In this document: positions 45,601 through 61,277 of the stretch, piece after piece | Layout: every line of letters starts with the position of its first letter | How positions within the stretch are numbered: position 1 is the first letter of the stretch | Source of the DNA: the human T2T-CHM13v2.0 reference genome, Homo sapiens | NCBI RefSeq assembly: GCF_009914755.1 | Contig: NC_060940.1 | Direction: 5' to 3' (one strand) | DNA: 64,000 nucleotides | The notes under the pieces: generated by a model | Database searches by the model: none | What the model was told of the DNA's origin: nothing | The model's input: only the letters and a program-made list of their open reading frames with translations | Program-made: the position numbers and the translations under genes

Positions 45601-48600
45601 TTCCATTCGAGTTCATTCTATTATTGCATTAGATTCCATTCGATGATGATTCCATTCGATTCCATTTGATGATTGCATTCTGTTTCATTTGATGATGATT
45701 CCATTCGAGTCCACTCGATGATTCCATTCGAGTCCATTTAATGAATCCATTGGTTTCAATTCTATGATGATTACATTGGATTCCATTCGTTGATGATTTC
45801 ATTCGGTTCCATTCAATGATGATTCCATTCAATTCCTTTCAATGTTTCCATTCAATTCCATACGATGATGATTCCATTTGATTTGATTCGACAGTGAGCC
45901 ATTCGATTCAATTCCATGATGATTCTATTTGATTCAATTGGTTGACATTTCCATTCGATTCCATTCGATGATGATTCCCTTTGATTCCGTTCAAAGATGA
46001 TTCCATTCTAGCCCATTCAATCATTCCATTCGATTCTATTCAATGATGATTCCATTCATGTCGATTTGGTGATTCCATTTGACTTCATTTGATGATGATT
46101 CCTTTCAAGTTCATTAGATGATTCCATTCGATTCCATTTGATGATGATCCCATTCGAGTCCATTCAGTGATTCCATTCGTTTCCATTCCATGATGATTCC
46201 ATTCCTTTCCATTCAATGATTCCATTCGATTCCGTTTGATGATGATTTCATTCGAGTCCATTTGATGATTCCATTTGATTCCATTCGATGATGATTCCAT
46301 TCGAGTCCATTCGATGATTCTATTCGAATCCATTTGATGATTTCTTTTGATTATATTTGGTGATGATTCCATTGGAGTCCATTCAATGATTCCATTCGAT
46401 TCCAATCGATGATGATTCCATTAGAGTCCATTTAATGATTCCATTTGATTCCAGTCTCTGATGATTACATTCGAGTCCATACGATGATTCCACTCAATTC
46501 CATATGATGATGATTCCATTTGATTCCATTCGGTGATTCCATTCTATTCTATTCAATGGTGATTCCATTCGAGTACATTAGATGATTCCATTCGATTCCA
46601 TTCAATGATGATTCTATTTGTGTCCCTTAGATGATTCCACATGATTCCATTAGATGATGATACTATTTGAGCCCATCCAATGATTCCCTTCGATTCCATT
46701 CGATGAGGATTCCATTCGATTCAATTCATTGGTGATTCTATTCAATTCAATTCTTTGATTCCATTCCATTCCATTCGACAATGATTCCATTCGATTTCTT
46801 TCGATGATTCCACTCGATTCCACTTGACATTGATTCCATTCGATTCCATTCAATGATTCCATTTGATTCCAGTGGATGATGATTGCCATCGATTCCATTC
46901 GATCACTCCATTCTATTCCATTTGATGATGATTACATTCGATTCCATTTGATGATTCCATCTGATTCTATTCGAGGATTCCATTTGATTCCATTCGATGA
47001 TGATTCCATTCGAGTCCATTCGATGATTTCATTCGAGTACATCCAATGATTCCATTCGAGTCCATTAGATGATTCCATTTGATTCCATTTGAAAATGATT
47101 CTACTAGAGTCCATTCAATGACTCCATTCGAGTCCATTCAACAATTCCATTCGACTCCATTCGATGATTCCATTCGATTCCATTTGATGGTTCCATTCGA
47201 GTCCATTTAATCATTACAGTCGAGTCCATTTGGTGATTCCACTGGATTTCTTTTGATAATGATACCATTCAATTACATTTGATGATGATCCCATTCAATT
47301 TCATTTGATGATGATTCCATTAGAGTCCATTCGATGATTTCATTCGAGTCCCTTCATTGATTCCATCCGATTTCATTGGATGATGACTCCATTCGAGTCC
47401 ATTCGATGATTCCACTCGATTCCATTAGATGACTCCATTGGAGTCCATTTGATTGTTCCATTCGATTCCATTCGATTCCTTTCGAAGATTATTCCATTTG
47501 AGTCCATTCGATGATGATTCCATTCCATTCCATTCGATGATTCCGTTTGATTCCATTCGATGATTCCCTTCGATTCCTTTCTTTGATGATTTCATTCCAT
47601 TCCATTCAATGATTCCATTCGAATCTATTCCATGATGATTCCTTTCGATTCCATTCGCTGATGTTTCCGTTCAATTCCATTCGATGATGATTCCATTCGA
47701 TTCCATTCATTGAGGATTCCATTTGATTCCATTCAATGATGATTTCATTCTATTCCACTCAATGATTGCATTCAATTCCATACAATGATTATCCCATTAG
47801 AGTAAACTCAACGATTCCATTCAATACCATTCGATGATGATTCCTTTTGAGTCCATTCAATGATTTCATTCAAGTCCATTTGATGATTCCTTTCAATTCC
47901 ATTCTATGATGATTCCATTCGAGTCCATTCGATGATTCCATTCAATTGCATTTGATGATTCCATTATATTCCATTCAACGGTGATTCCATTCGAGTCCAT
48001 TCCATGATTCCATTAGAGTACATTTAATGATTGCTTTGTTTTCAATTCGAAGATGATTACATTGGATTCCATTCTATGATACCATTCGATTCCATTCAAT
48101 GATGATTCCACTCAAATCCATTGGATGATTCCATTCGTGTCCATTCGGTGATTTCATTAGATTCCATTCGAGGATGATTCCATTCGATTCCATTCGATGA
48201 TTCCATTCAATTCCATTCGATGATGATTCCATTCCAGTCCATATGATCATTCCATTTGATTTCATTCGATGATGATTCCATTCGATTCCATTCGATGATT
48301 CCATTCTATTCCATTCGATGATGATTCCATTCGAGTCCATTCGATGATTCCATTCGAGTCCATTTAATGATTCCATTGGGTTCAATTCAATGATGATTAC
48401 ATTGGATTCCGTTCTATGATTCCATTCAATTCCATTCATTGACAATTTGATTCCATTCGATGATGATTCCATTTGAGTTCATTCGATGATTCTATTCGAT
48501 TCTCTTCGATGGTGATTCAATTCTATTATATTGGATGATTCCATTCGATTCCATTTGATGTTGATTCAATTCGATTCTATTCGATGATGATTCCATTGGA

Positions 48601-51600
48601 TTTCACTTGATGATTCTATTCGATTCCATTCAATGATGATTCACTTCTCGTCCATTGGATGATTCCATTTCATTCCATTCGATGATGATTCCATTCGATT
48701 CCATTCGATGATTCCATTTGATTCCATGCGACGGTGAGCAATTCGATTCAATTCCATGATGATTCTATTTGATTCAATTAGATGATGTTTCCATTCGAAT
48801 CCATTCCATGATTATTCCATTGGAATCCATTCGGCGATGATTCCATATGAGTCAATTCAATGATGATTCCATATGGGTCCGTTCGATGATAATTCCATTT
48901 GATTTCATTCGATGCTTCTATTCTATTCCAGTCGATGATGATTCCATTGGAGTCCATACGATGATTCCATTTGATTTCATTTGATGATGATTCCATTCGA
49001 TGATGATTACATTGGATTCCATTCTATGATTCCATTCAATTCCATTCGTTGATGATTCGATTCCATTCAATGATGATTCCATTTGAGTTCATTCGATGAT
49101 TCTATTCGATTCCGTTCGATGGTGACTCAATTCTATTATACTGGATGATACCAGTCGATTCCATTTGATGATTATTCCATTGGAGTCCATTTAGTGAATC
49201 CTTTAGATTCTACTCGACGATGATTCCATTCGAGTCCATTCGATGATACCATTCAATTCCATTCGTTGATGCTTCCATTCAAGTGCATTCGATGATATCA
49301 TTCGATTCCATTTGATGATAATTCCATTTGATTCCATGCGATGATTCTATTCGATTCCATTCAATGATAATTCCATTCAATTCAGTGATTCCTCTGGACT
49401 CCATTTGATGATGATTCCATTCAATGATTCCATTCGATTCTATTCGAAAATGATTCCATTTGAATCCATTTGATGATGATTCCATTAGATTCCATTTGAT
49501 GATTCCATTCGATTCCATTCGACGATGATTCCATTCGATTCCGTTTGATGATTCCATTCTATTCTATTCGATGATGATTCCATTCGATTCCATTCGATGA
49601 TGATTGGATTCGATTCCATTGGATGATTTCATTTGATTCCATTCGTTAATGATTTCGATCAATTCCATTCGATGATTCCATTCGATTCCATTCGATAATG
49701 ATTACATCCGAGTCCATTCGATGATTCCATTTTAGCCTGTTCGATAATTCCATTTGAGTCCAACCAATGATTCCATTCATTTCCATTCAATGATTCCATT
49801 CGAGTCCATTTGATCATTCCGGTAGGGTCCATTCGATGTTGATTCCATTGGAGTGCATTCGATGATTCCATTCGAGTCCATTTTAGGATTTGATTCGAGT
49901 CCTTTCGATGATTCCATTCGATTCCACTCGATGATGATTTCATTCGAGTCCATTCGACACTTCCAATCGATTCCATTTGATGATTCCATTCGAGTCCAAT
50001 TGATGATTCCATTCAATTCCATTCGATGATGATTCCGTACGATACCATTCTGTGATGATTCCATGTGATTGCATTCAATGATGATTCCTTTCGATTGCAT
50101 TCGATTATGATTCATTTCGTGTTCATTCTATGGTTCCACAGGTTTCCATTCGTGTCCATTCCATTATTCCATTCTATTCCATTTGATGATGATTCCATTC
50201 GATTCCATTCATTGGTGATTCCACTCAATTCCATTCAATGATTCCATTCCATTTCTTTCAACAATGATTCCATTAGTTTCTAATCGATGATCCACTTGAT
50301 TCCATTTGACGACGATTCCATTCTTGTCCATTCGATGATTCCATTTGATTCCATATGATGATGATTCCATTCGATTCCATACCATGATGATTCCATTCGA
50401 GTCCATTCAATGGTGATTCCATTCAATTCCATTCGATGATTCCTTTTGATTCCATTCGATGATGATGGCATTCGATTCCTTTCAATCATTCCCTTTGATT
50501 CCATTCAAAGGTGATTTCATTCAAGTCCATTCGATAATTGCATTCGATTCCATTCTATGATGATTCCATTCGAGTCCATTTGATGATTCCATTCAATTCA
50601 AGTCAATGATGATTCCATTCGATTCCATTCGATGATTCCATTGGATTCCATTCGATGATGATTCCATTCAAATCCTTTCGATAATTCAATTCAAGTCCAT
50701 TCGATGATGATTCCAATCGAATCCATTCAAAGATTCCATTCAGTTCCATTCGATGATTCCCTTAGATTCCATTCGATGATTCCACTTGATTGCATTTACG
50801 ATGATTCCATTCGATTCCATGTGATGATTCCATTCAATTCTATTCAATGATGTTTCCATTTGATTCCATTCGACCATGATTGCCTTTGATTCCATTCAAT
50901 GATTCCATTCGGTTCCGTTTGATGATGATTCCGTTCGATTCCATTTGATGATTCCATTTGATTCCATTGGATGGGTCCATTCGATTACATTCGATGATTA
51001 TTCCATTCGAGTGCATTAGATGATTCCATTCGAGTCCATTCGATGATTCCATTCGATTCCATTCGATGTTGATTCTGTTCAAATCCATTCGATGATTCCA
51101 CTCGATTCCATTCGTTGACTCCATTTGATCCCATTCGATGATTTCCTTTGATTCCCTTTGATGATCATTCCATTTGATTCAATTCGGTGATTTCATTTGA
51201 TTCCATTCAGTGATGTTTCCATTCGACTCCATTCGATGATGATTCCATTCGACTCCATTCGATTATGATTTCATTCAATTCCATTCGATAATGATTCCCT
51301 GCGAGTCTATTCGATGATTCCATTCGATTCCATTCAACGATGATTTGATTCGTGTCCATTCGATGATTCCATTTGATTCCACTTGATGATGATTCCATTC
51401 GAGCCCATTTGATGATTCCATTCAATTCCATACTCCGATGATTTCTTTTGAGCCCACTCAATGCTTCCACTCGATTCCATATGATGATGACTCCATTCGA
51501 TGAAATTCGATGATGATTCCATTCGCTTGCTTTCGATGATGATTCCACTTGAGTCCGTTAGAAGATTCTATTCAATTACATTCCATGACGATTCCGTTCG

Positions 51601-53114
51601 AGTCCATTTGATGATTCCATTAGACTCCATTCGACGATGATTCCATTCGATGTTATTCGATGATTCCATTCGATCTCATTCGATGATGATTCCATTCAAC
51701 TCCATTCGATGTTTCCATTCGAGTTCATTCTATTATTCCATTAGATTCCATTCGATGATGATTCCATTCGATTCCATTTGATGATTGCATTCTATTTCAT
51801 TTGATGATGATTCCATTCGAGTCCACTCGATGATTCCATTCGAGTCCATTTAATGAATCCATTGGTTTCAATTCTATGATGATTACATTGGATTCCATTC
51901 GTTGATGATTTCATTCGGTTCCATTCAATGATGATTCCATTCAATTCCTTTCAATGTTTCCATTCAATTCCATACGATGATGATTCCATTTGATTTGATT
52001 CGACAGTGAGCCATTCGATTCAATTCCATGATGATTCTATTTGATTCAATTGGTTGACATTTCCATTCGATTCCATTCGATGATGATTCCCTTTGATTCC
52101 GTTCAAAGATGATTCCATTCTAGCCCATTCAATCATTCCATTCGATTCTATTCAATGATGATTCCATTCATGTCGATTTGGTGATTCCATTTGACTTCAT
52201 TTGATGATGATTCCTTTCAAGTTCATTAGATGATTCCATTCGATTCCATTTGATGATGATCCCATTCGAGTCCATTCAGTGATTCCATTCATTTCCATTC
52301 CATGATGATTCCATTCCTTTCCATTCAATGATTCCATTCGATTCCGTTTGATGATGATTTCATTCGAGTCCATTTGATGATTCCATTTGATTCCATTCGA
52401 TGATGATTCCATTCGAGTCCATTCGATGATTCTATTCGAATCCATTTGATGATTTCTTTTGATTATATTTGGTGATGATTCCATTGGAGTCCATTCAATG
52501 ATTCCATTCTATTCCAATCGATGATGATTCCATTAGAGTCCATTTAATGATTCCATTTGATTCCAGTCTCTGATGATTACATTCGAGTCCATACGATGAT
52601 TCCACTCAATTCCATATGATGATGATTCCATTTGATTCCATTCGGTGATTCCATTCTATTCTATTCAATGGTGATTCCATTCGAGTACATTAGATGATTC
52701 CATTCGATTCCATTCAATGATGATTCTATTTGTGTCCCTTAGATGATTCCACATGATTCCATTAGATGATGATACTATTTGAGCCCATCCAATGATTCCC
52801 TTCGATTCCATTCGATGAGGATTCCATTCGATTCAATTCATTGGTGATTCTATTCAATTCAATTCTTTGATTCCATTCCATTCCATTCGACAATAATTCC
52901 ATTCGATTTCTTTCGATGATTCCACTCGATTCCACTTGACATTGATTCCATTCGATTCCATTCAATGATTCCATTTGATTCCAGTGGATGATGATTGCCA
53001 TCGATTCCATTCGATCACTCCATTCTATTCCATTTGATGATGATTACATTCGATTCCATTTGATGATTCCATCTGATTCTATTCGAGGATTCCATTTGAT
53101 TCCATTCGATGATG
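29082..53114 (+). repeat. Three tandem copies of an 8,011 bp block (29082-37092, 37093-45103, 45104-53114); each is one full unit plus a 1,899 bp partial unit
   Basis: Identical novel junction ...ccattcgatgatg|tttccattcgactcc at 37092/3 and 45103/4. Pseudo-ORF coordinates recur at +8011 and +16022, with shared diagnostic variants. Confidence 0.92.
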
Positions 53115-56100
53115 ATTCCATTCGAGTCCATTCGATGATTTCATTCGAGTACATCCAATGATTCCATTCGAGTCCATTAGATGATTCCATTTGATTCCAT
53201 TTGAAAATGATTCTACTAGAGTCCATTCAATGACTCCATTCGAGTCCATTCAACAATTCCATTCGACTCCATTCGATGATTCCATTCGATTCCATTTGAT
53301 GGTTCCATTCGAGTCCATTTAATCATTACAGTCGAGTCCATTTGGTGATTCCACTGGATTTCTTTTGATAATGATACCATTCAATTACATTTGATGATGA
53401 TCCCATTCAATTTCATTTGATGATGATTCCATTAGAGTCCATTCGATGATTTCATTCGAGTCCCTTCATTGATTCCATCCGATTTCATTGGATGATGACT
53501 CCATTCGAGTCCATTCGATGATTCCACTCGATTCCATTAGATGACTCCATTGGAGCCCATTTGATTGTTCCATTCGATTCCATTCGATTCCTTTCGAAGA
53601 TTATTCCATTTGAGTCCATTCGATGATGATTCCATTCCATTCCATTTGATGATTCCGTTTGATTCCATTCGATGATTCCCTTCGATTCCTTTCTTTGATG
53701 ATTCCATTCCATTCCATTCAATGATTCCATTCGAATCTATTCCATGATGATTCCTTTCGATTCCATTCGCTGATGTTTCCGTTCAATTCCATTCGATGAT
53801 GATTCCATTCGATTCCATTCATTGAGGATTCCATTTGATTCCATTCAATGATGATTCCATTCTATTCCATTCAATGATTTCATTCAATTCCATTCAATGA
53901 TTATCCCCTTAGAGTAAACTCAACGATTCCATTCAATACCATTCGATGATGATTCCTTTTGAGTCCATTCAATGATTTCATTCAAGTCCATTTGATGATT
54001 CCTTTCAATTCCATTCTATGATGATTCCATTCGAGTCCATTCGATGATTCCATTCGATTGCATTCGATGATTCCATTATATTCCATTCAACGGTGATTCC
54101 ATTCGAGTCCATTCCATGATTCCATTAGAGTACATTTAATGATTGCTTTGTTTTCAATTCGAAGATGATTACATTGGATTCCATTCTATGATACCATTCG
54201 ATTCCATTCAATGATGATTCCACTCAAATCCATTGGATGATTCCATTCGTGTCCATTCGGTGATTTCATTAGATTCCATTCGAGGATGATTCCATTCGAT
54301 TCCATTCGATGATTCCATTCAATTCCATTAGATGATGATTCCATTCCAGTCCATATGATCATTCCATTCAATTCCATACGATGATGATTCCATTTGATTT
54401 GATTCGACAGTGAGCCATTTGATTCAATTCCATGATGATTCTATTTGATTCAATTGGTTGACATTTCCATTCGATTCCATTCGATGATGATTCCCTTTGA
54501 TTCCGTTCAAAGATGATTCCATTCTAGCCCATTCAATCATTCCATTCGATTCTATTCAATGATGATTCCATTCATGTCGATTTGGTGATTCCATTTGACT
54601 TCATTTGATGATGATTCCTTTCAAGTTCATTAGATGATTCCATTCGATTCCATTTGATGATGATCCCATTCGAATCCATTCAGTGATTCCATTCATTTCC
54701 ATTCCATGATGATTCCATTCCTTTCCATTCAATGATTCCATTCGATTCCGTTTGATGATGATTTCATTCGAGTCCATTTGATGATTCCATTTGATTCCAT
54801 TCGATGATGATTCCATTCGAGTCCATTCGATGATTCTATTCGAATCCATTTGATGATTTCTTTTGATTATATTTGGTGATGATTCCATTGGAGTCCATTC
54901 AATGATTCCATTCTATTCCAATCGATGATGATTCCATTAGAGTCCATTTAATGATTCCATTTGATTCCAGTCTCTGATGATTACATTCGAGTCCATACGA
55001 TGATTCCACTCAATTCCATATGATGATGATTCCATTTGATTCCATTCGGTGATTCCATTCTATTCTATTCAATGGTGATTCCATTCGAGTACATTAGATG
55101 ATTCCATTCGATTCCATTCAATGATGATTCTATTTGTGTCCCTTAGATGATTCCACATGATTCCATTACATGATGATACTATTTGAGCCCATCCAATGAT
55201 TCCCTTCGATTCCATTCGATGAGGATTCCATTCGATTCAATTCATTGGTGATTCTATTCAATTCAATTCTTTGATTCCATTCCATTCCATTCGACAATGA
55301 TTCCATTCGATTTCTTTCGATGATTCCACTCGATTCCACTTGACATTGATTCCATTCGATTCCATTCAATGATTCCATTTGATTCCAGTGGATGATGATT
55401 GCCATCGATTCCATTCGATCACTCCATTCTATTCCATTTGATGATGATTACATTCGATTCCATTTGATGATTCCATCTGATTCTATTCGAGGATTCCATT
55501 TGATTCCATTCGATGATGATTCCATTCGAGTCCATTCGATGATTTCATTCGAGTACATCCAATGATTCCATTCGAGTCCATTAGATGATTCCGTTTGATT
55601 CCATTTGAAAATGATTCTACTAGAGTCCATTCAATGACTCCATTCGAGTCCATTCAACAATTCCATTCGACTCCATTCGATGATTCCATTCGATTCCATT
55701 TGATGGTTCCATTCGAGTCCATTTAATCATTACAGTCGAGTCCGTTTGGTGATTCCACTGGATTTCTTTTGATAATGATACCATTCAATTACATTTGATG
55801 ATGATCCCATTCAATTTCATTTGATGATGATTCCATTAGAGTCCATTCGATGATTTCATTCGAGTCCCTTCATTGAATCCATCCGATTTCATTTGATGAT
55901 GACTCCATTCGAGTCCATTCGATGATTCCACTCGATTCCATTAGATGACTCCATTGGAGTCCATTTGATTGTTCCATTCGATTCCATTCGATTCCTTTCG
56001 AAGATTATTCCATTTGAGTCCATTCGATGATGATTCCATTCCATTCCATTCGATGATTCCGTTTGATTCCATTCGATGATTCCCTTCGATTCCTTTCTTT

Positions 56101-56772
56101 GATGATTCCATTCCATTCCATTCAATGATTCCATTCGAATCTATTCCATGATGATTCCTTTCGATTCCATTCGCTGATGTTTCCGTTCAATTCCATTCGA
56201 TGATGATTCCATTCGATTCCATTCATTGAGGATTCCATTTGATTCCATTCAATGATGATTCCATTCTATTCCATTCAATGATTTCATTCAATTCCATTCA
56301 ATGATTATCCCCTTAGAGTAAACTCAACGATTCCATTCAATACCATTCGATGATGATTCCTTTTGAGTCCATTCAATGATTTCATTCAAGTCCATTTGAT
56401 GATTCCTTTCAATTCCATTCGATGATGATTCCATTCGAGTCCATTCGATGATTCCATTCGATTGCATTCGATGATTCCATTATATTCCATTCAACGGTGA
56501 TTCCATTCGAGTCCATTCCATGATTCCATTAGAGTACATTTAATGATTGCTTTGTTTTCAATTCGAAGATGATTGCATTGGATTCCATTCTATGATACCA
56601 TTCGATTCCATTCAATGATGATTCCACTCAAATCCATTGGATGATTCCATTCGTGTCCATTCGGTGATTTCATTAGATTCCATTCGAGGATGATTCCATT
56701 CGATTCCATTCGATGATTCCATTCAATTCCATTCGATGATGATTCCATTCCAGTCCATATGATCATTCCATT
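51965..56772 (+). repeat. Tandem duplication of a 2,404 bp partial unit (51965-54368, 54369-56772)
   Basis: Junction ccatatgatcattccatt|caattccatacg at ~54368. Marker spacing 52762->55166. Shared rare variants at +2404 (52291/54695, ~53880/~56284). Confidence 0.85.
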
Positions 56773-59700
56773 TGATTTCATTCGATGATGATTCCATTCG
56801 ATTCCATTCGACGATTCCATTCTATTCCATTCGATGATGATTCCATTCGAGTCCATTCGATCAATCCATTCGAGTCCATTTAATGATTCCATTGGGTTCA
56901 ATTCAATGATGATTACATTGGATTCCGTTCTATGATTCCATTCAATTCCGTTCATTGACAATTTGATTCCATTCGATGATGATTCCATTTGAGTTCATTC
57001 GATGATTCTATTCGATTCTCTTCGATGGTGATTCAATTTTATTATATTGGATAATTCCATTCGATTCCATTTGATGTTGATTCAATTCGATTCTATTCGA
57101 TGATGATTCCATTGGATTTCACTTGATGATTCTATTCGATTCCATTCAATGATGATTCACTTCTCGTCCATTGGATGATTCCATTTCATTCCATTCGATG
57201 ATGATTCCATTTGATTCCATTCGTTGATTCCATTTGATTCCATGCGACGGTGAGCAATTCGATTCAATTCCATGATGATTCTATTTGATTCAATTAGATG
57301 ATGTTTCCATTCGAATCCATTCCATGATTATTCCATTGGAATCCATTCGGCGATGATTCCATATGAGTCAATTCAATGATGATTCCATATGGGTCCGTTC
57401 GATGATAATTCCATTTGATTTCATTCGATGCTTCTATTCTATTCCAGTCGATGATGATTCCGTTGGAGTCCATACGATGATTCCATTTGATTTCATTTGA
57501 TGATGATTCCATTCGATGATGATTACATTGGATTCCATTCTATGATTCCATTCAATTCCATTCGTTGATGATTCGATTCCATTCAATGATGATTCCATTT
57601 GAGTTCATTCGATGATTCTATTCGATTCCGTTCGATGGTGATTCAATTCTATTATATTGGATGATTCCACTCGATTCCATTTGATGATTATTCCATTGGA
57701 GTCCACTTAGTGAATCCTTTAGATTCTACTCGACGATGATTCCATTCGAGTCCATTCGATGATACCATTCAATTCCATTCGTTGATGCTTCCATTCAAGT
57801 GCATTCGATGATATCATTCGATTCCATTTGATGATAATTCCATTTGATTCCATGCGATGATTCTATTCGATTCCATTCAATGATAATTCCATTCAATTCA
57901 GTGATTCCTCTGGACTCCATTTGATGATGATTCCATTCAATGATTCCATTCGATTCTATTCGAAAATGATTCCATTTGAATCCATTTGATGATGATTCCA
58001 TTAGATTCCATTTGATGATTCCATTCGATTCCATTCGACGATGATTCCATTCGATTCCGTTTGATGATTCCATTCTATTCTATTCGATGATGATTCCATT
58101 CGATTCCATTCGATGATGATTGGATTCGATTCCATTGGATGATTTCATTTGATTCCATTCGTTAATGATTTCGATCAATTCCATTCGATGATTCCATTCG
58201 ATTCCATTCGATAATGATTACATCCGAGTCCATTCGATGATTCCCTTTGAGCCTGTTCGATAATTCCATTTGAGTCCAACCAATGATTCCATTCATTTCC
58301 ATTCAATGATTCCATTCGAGTCCATTTGATCATTCCGGTAGGGTCCATTCGATGTTGATTCCATTGGAGTGCATTCGATGATTCCATTCGAGTCCATTTT
58401 AGGATTTGATTCGAGTCCTTTCGATGATTCCATTCGATTCCACTCGATGATGATTTCATTCGAGTCCATTCGACACTTCCAATCGATTCCATTTGATGAT
58501 TCCATTCGAGTCCAATTGATGATTCCATTCAATTCCATTCGATGATGATTCCGTACGATTCCATTCTGTGATGATTCCATGTGATTGCATTCAATGATGA
58601 TTCCTTTCGATTGCATTCGATTATGATTCATTTCGTGTTCATTCTATGGTTCCACAGGTTTCCATTCGTGTCCATTCCATTATTCCATTCTATTCCATTT
58701 GATGATGATTCCGTTCGATTCCATTCATTGGTGATTCCACTCAATTCCATTCAATGATTCCATTCCATTTCTTTCAACAATGATTCCATTAGTTTCTAAT
58801 CGATGATCCACTTGATTCCATTTGACGACGATTCCATTCTTGTCCATTCGATGATTCCATTTGATTCCATATGATGATGATTCCATTCGATTCCATACCA
58901 TGATGATTCCATTCGAGTCCATTCAATGGTGATTCCATTCAATTCCATTCGATGATTCCTTTTGATTCCATTCGATGATGATGGCATTCGATTCCTTTCA
59001 ATCATTCCCTTTGATTCCATTCAAAGGTGATTTCATTCAAGTCCATTCGATAATTGCATTCGATTCCATTCTATGATGATTCCATTCGAGTCCATTTGAT
59101 GATTCCATTCAATTCAAGTCAATGATGATTCCATTCGATTCCATTCGATGATTCCATTGGATTCCATTCGATGATGATTCCATTCAAATCCATTCGATAA
59201 TTCAATTCAAGTCCATTCGATGATGATTCCAATCGAATCCATTCAAAGATTCCATTCAGTTCCATTCGATGATTCCCTTAGATTCCATTCGATGATTCCA
59301 CTTGATTGCATTTACGATGATTCCATTCGATTCCATGTGATGATTCCATTCAATTCTATTCAATGATGTCTCCATTTGATTCCATTCGACCATGATTGCC
59401 TTTGATTCCATTCAATGATTCCATTCGGTTCCGTTTGATGATGATTCCGTTCGATTCCATTTGATGATTCCATTTGATTCCATTGGATGAGTCCATTCGA
59501 TTACATTCGATGATTATTCCATTCGAGTGCATTAGATGATTCCATTCGAGTCCATTCGATGATTCCATTCGATTCCATTCGATGTTGATTCTGTTCAAAT
59601 CCATTCGATGATTCCACTCGATTCCATTCGTTGACTCCATTTGATCCCATTCGATGATTTCCTTTGATTCCCTTTGATGATCATTCCATTTGATTCAATT

Positions 59701-61277
59701 CGGTGATTTCATTTGATTCCATTCAGTGATGTTTCCATTCGACTCCATTCGATGATGATTCCATTCGACTCCATTCGATTATGATTTCATTCAATTCCAT
59801 TCGATAATGATTCCCTTCGAGTCCATTCGATGATTCCATTCGATTCCATTCAACAATGATTTGATTCGTGTCCATTCGATGATTCCATTTGATTCCACAT
59901 GATGATGATTCCATTCGAGTCCATTTGATGATTCCATTCAATTCCATACTCCGATGATTTCTTTTGAGCCCACTCAATGCTTCCACTCGATTCCATATGA
60001 TGATGACTCCATTCGATGAAATTCGATGATGATTCCATTCGCTTGCTTTCGATGATGATTCCACTTGAGTCCGTTAGAAGATTCTATTCAATTACATTCC
60101 ATGACAATTCCGTTCGAGTCCATTTGATGATTCCATTAGACTCCATTCGACGATGATTCCATTCGATGTTATTCGATGATTCCATTCGATCTCATTCGAT
60201 GATGATTCCATTCAACTCCATTCGATGTTTCCATTCGAGTTCATTCTATTATTCCATTAGATTCCATTCGATGATGATTCCATTCGATTCCATTTGATGA
60301 TTGCATTCTATTTCATTTGATGATGATTCCATTCGAGTCCACTCGATGATTCCATTCGAGTCCATTTAATGAATCCATTGGTTTCAATTCTATGATGATT
60401 ACATTGGATTCCATTCGTTGATGATTTCATTCGGTTCCATTCAATGATGATTCCATTCAATTCCTTTCAATGTTTCCATTCAATTCCATACGATGATGAT
60501 TCCATTTGATTTGATTCGACAGTGAGCCATTCGATTCAATTCCATGATGATTCTATTTGATTCAATTGGTTGACATTTCCATTCGATTCCATTCGATGAT
60601 GATTCCCTTTGATTCCGTTCAAAGATGATTCCATTCTAGCCCATTCAATCATTCCATTCGATTCTATTCAATGATGATTCCATTCATGTCGATTTGGTGA
60701 TTCCATTTGACTTCATTTGATGATGATTCCTTTCAAGTTCATTAGATGATTCCATTCGATTCCATTTGATGATGATCCCATTCGAGTCCATTCAGTGATT
60801 CCATTCGTTTCCATTCCATGATGATTCCATTCCTTTCCATTCAATGATTCCATTCGATTCCGTTTGATGATGATTTCATTCGAGTCCATTTGATGATTCC
60901 ATTTGATTCCATTCGATGATGATTCCATTCGAGTCCATTCGATGATTCTATTCGAATCCATTTGATGATTTCTTTTGATTATATTTGGTGATGATTCCAT
61001 TGGAGTCCATTCAATGATTCCATTCGATTCCAATCGATGATGATTCCATTAGAGTCCATTTAATGATTCCACTTGATTCCAGTCTCTGATGATTACATTC
61101 GAGTCCATACGATGATTCCACTCAATTCCATATGATGATGATTCCATTTGATTCCATTCGGTGATTCCATTCTATTCTATTCAATGGTGATTCCATTCGA
61201 GTACATTAGATGATTCCATTCGATTCCATTCAATGATGATTCTATTTGTGTCCCTTAGATGATTCCACATGATTCCA
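55166..61277 (+). repeat. Higher-order unit, canonical length 6,112 bp
   Basis: Marker spacing 55166->61278. Confidence 0.9.
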
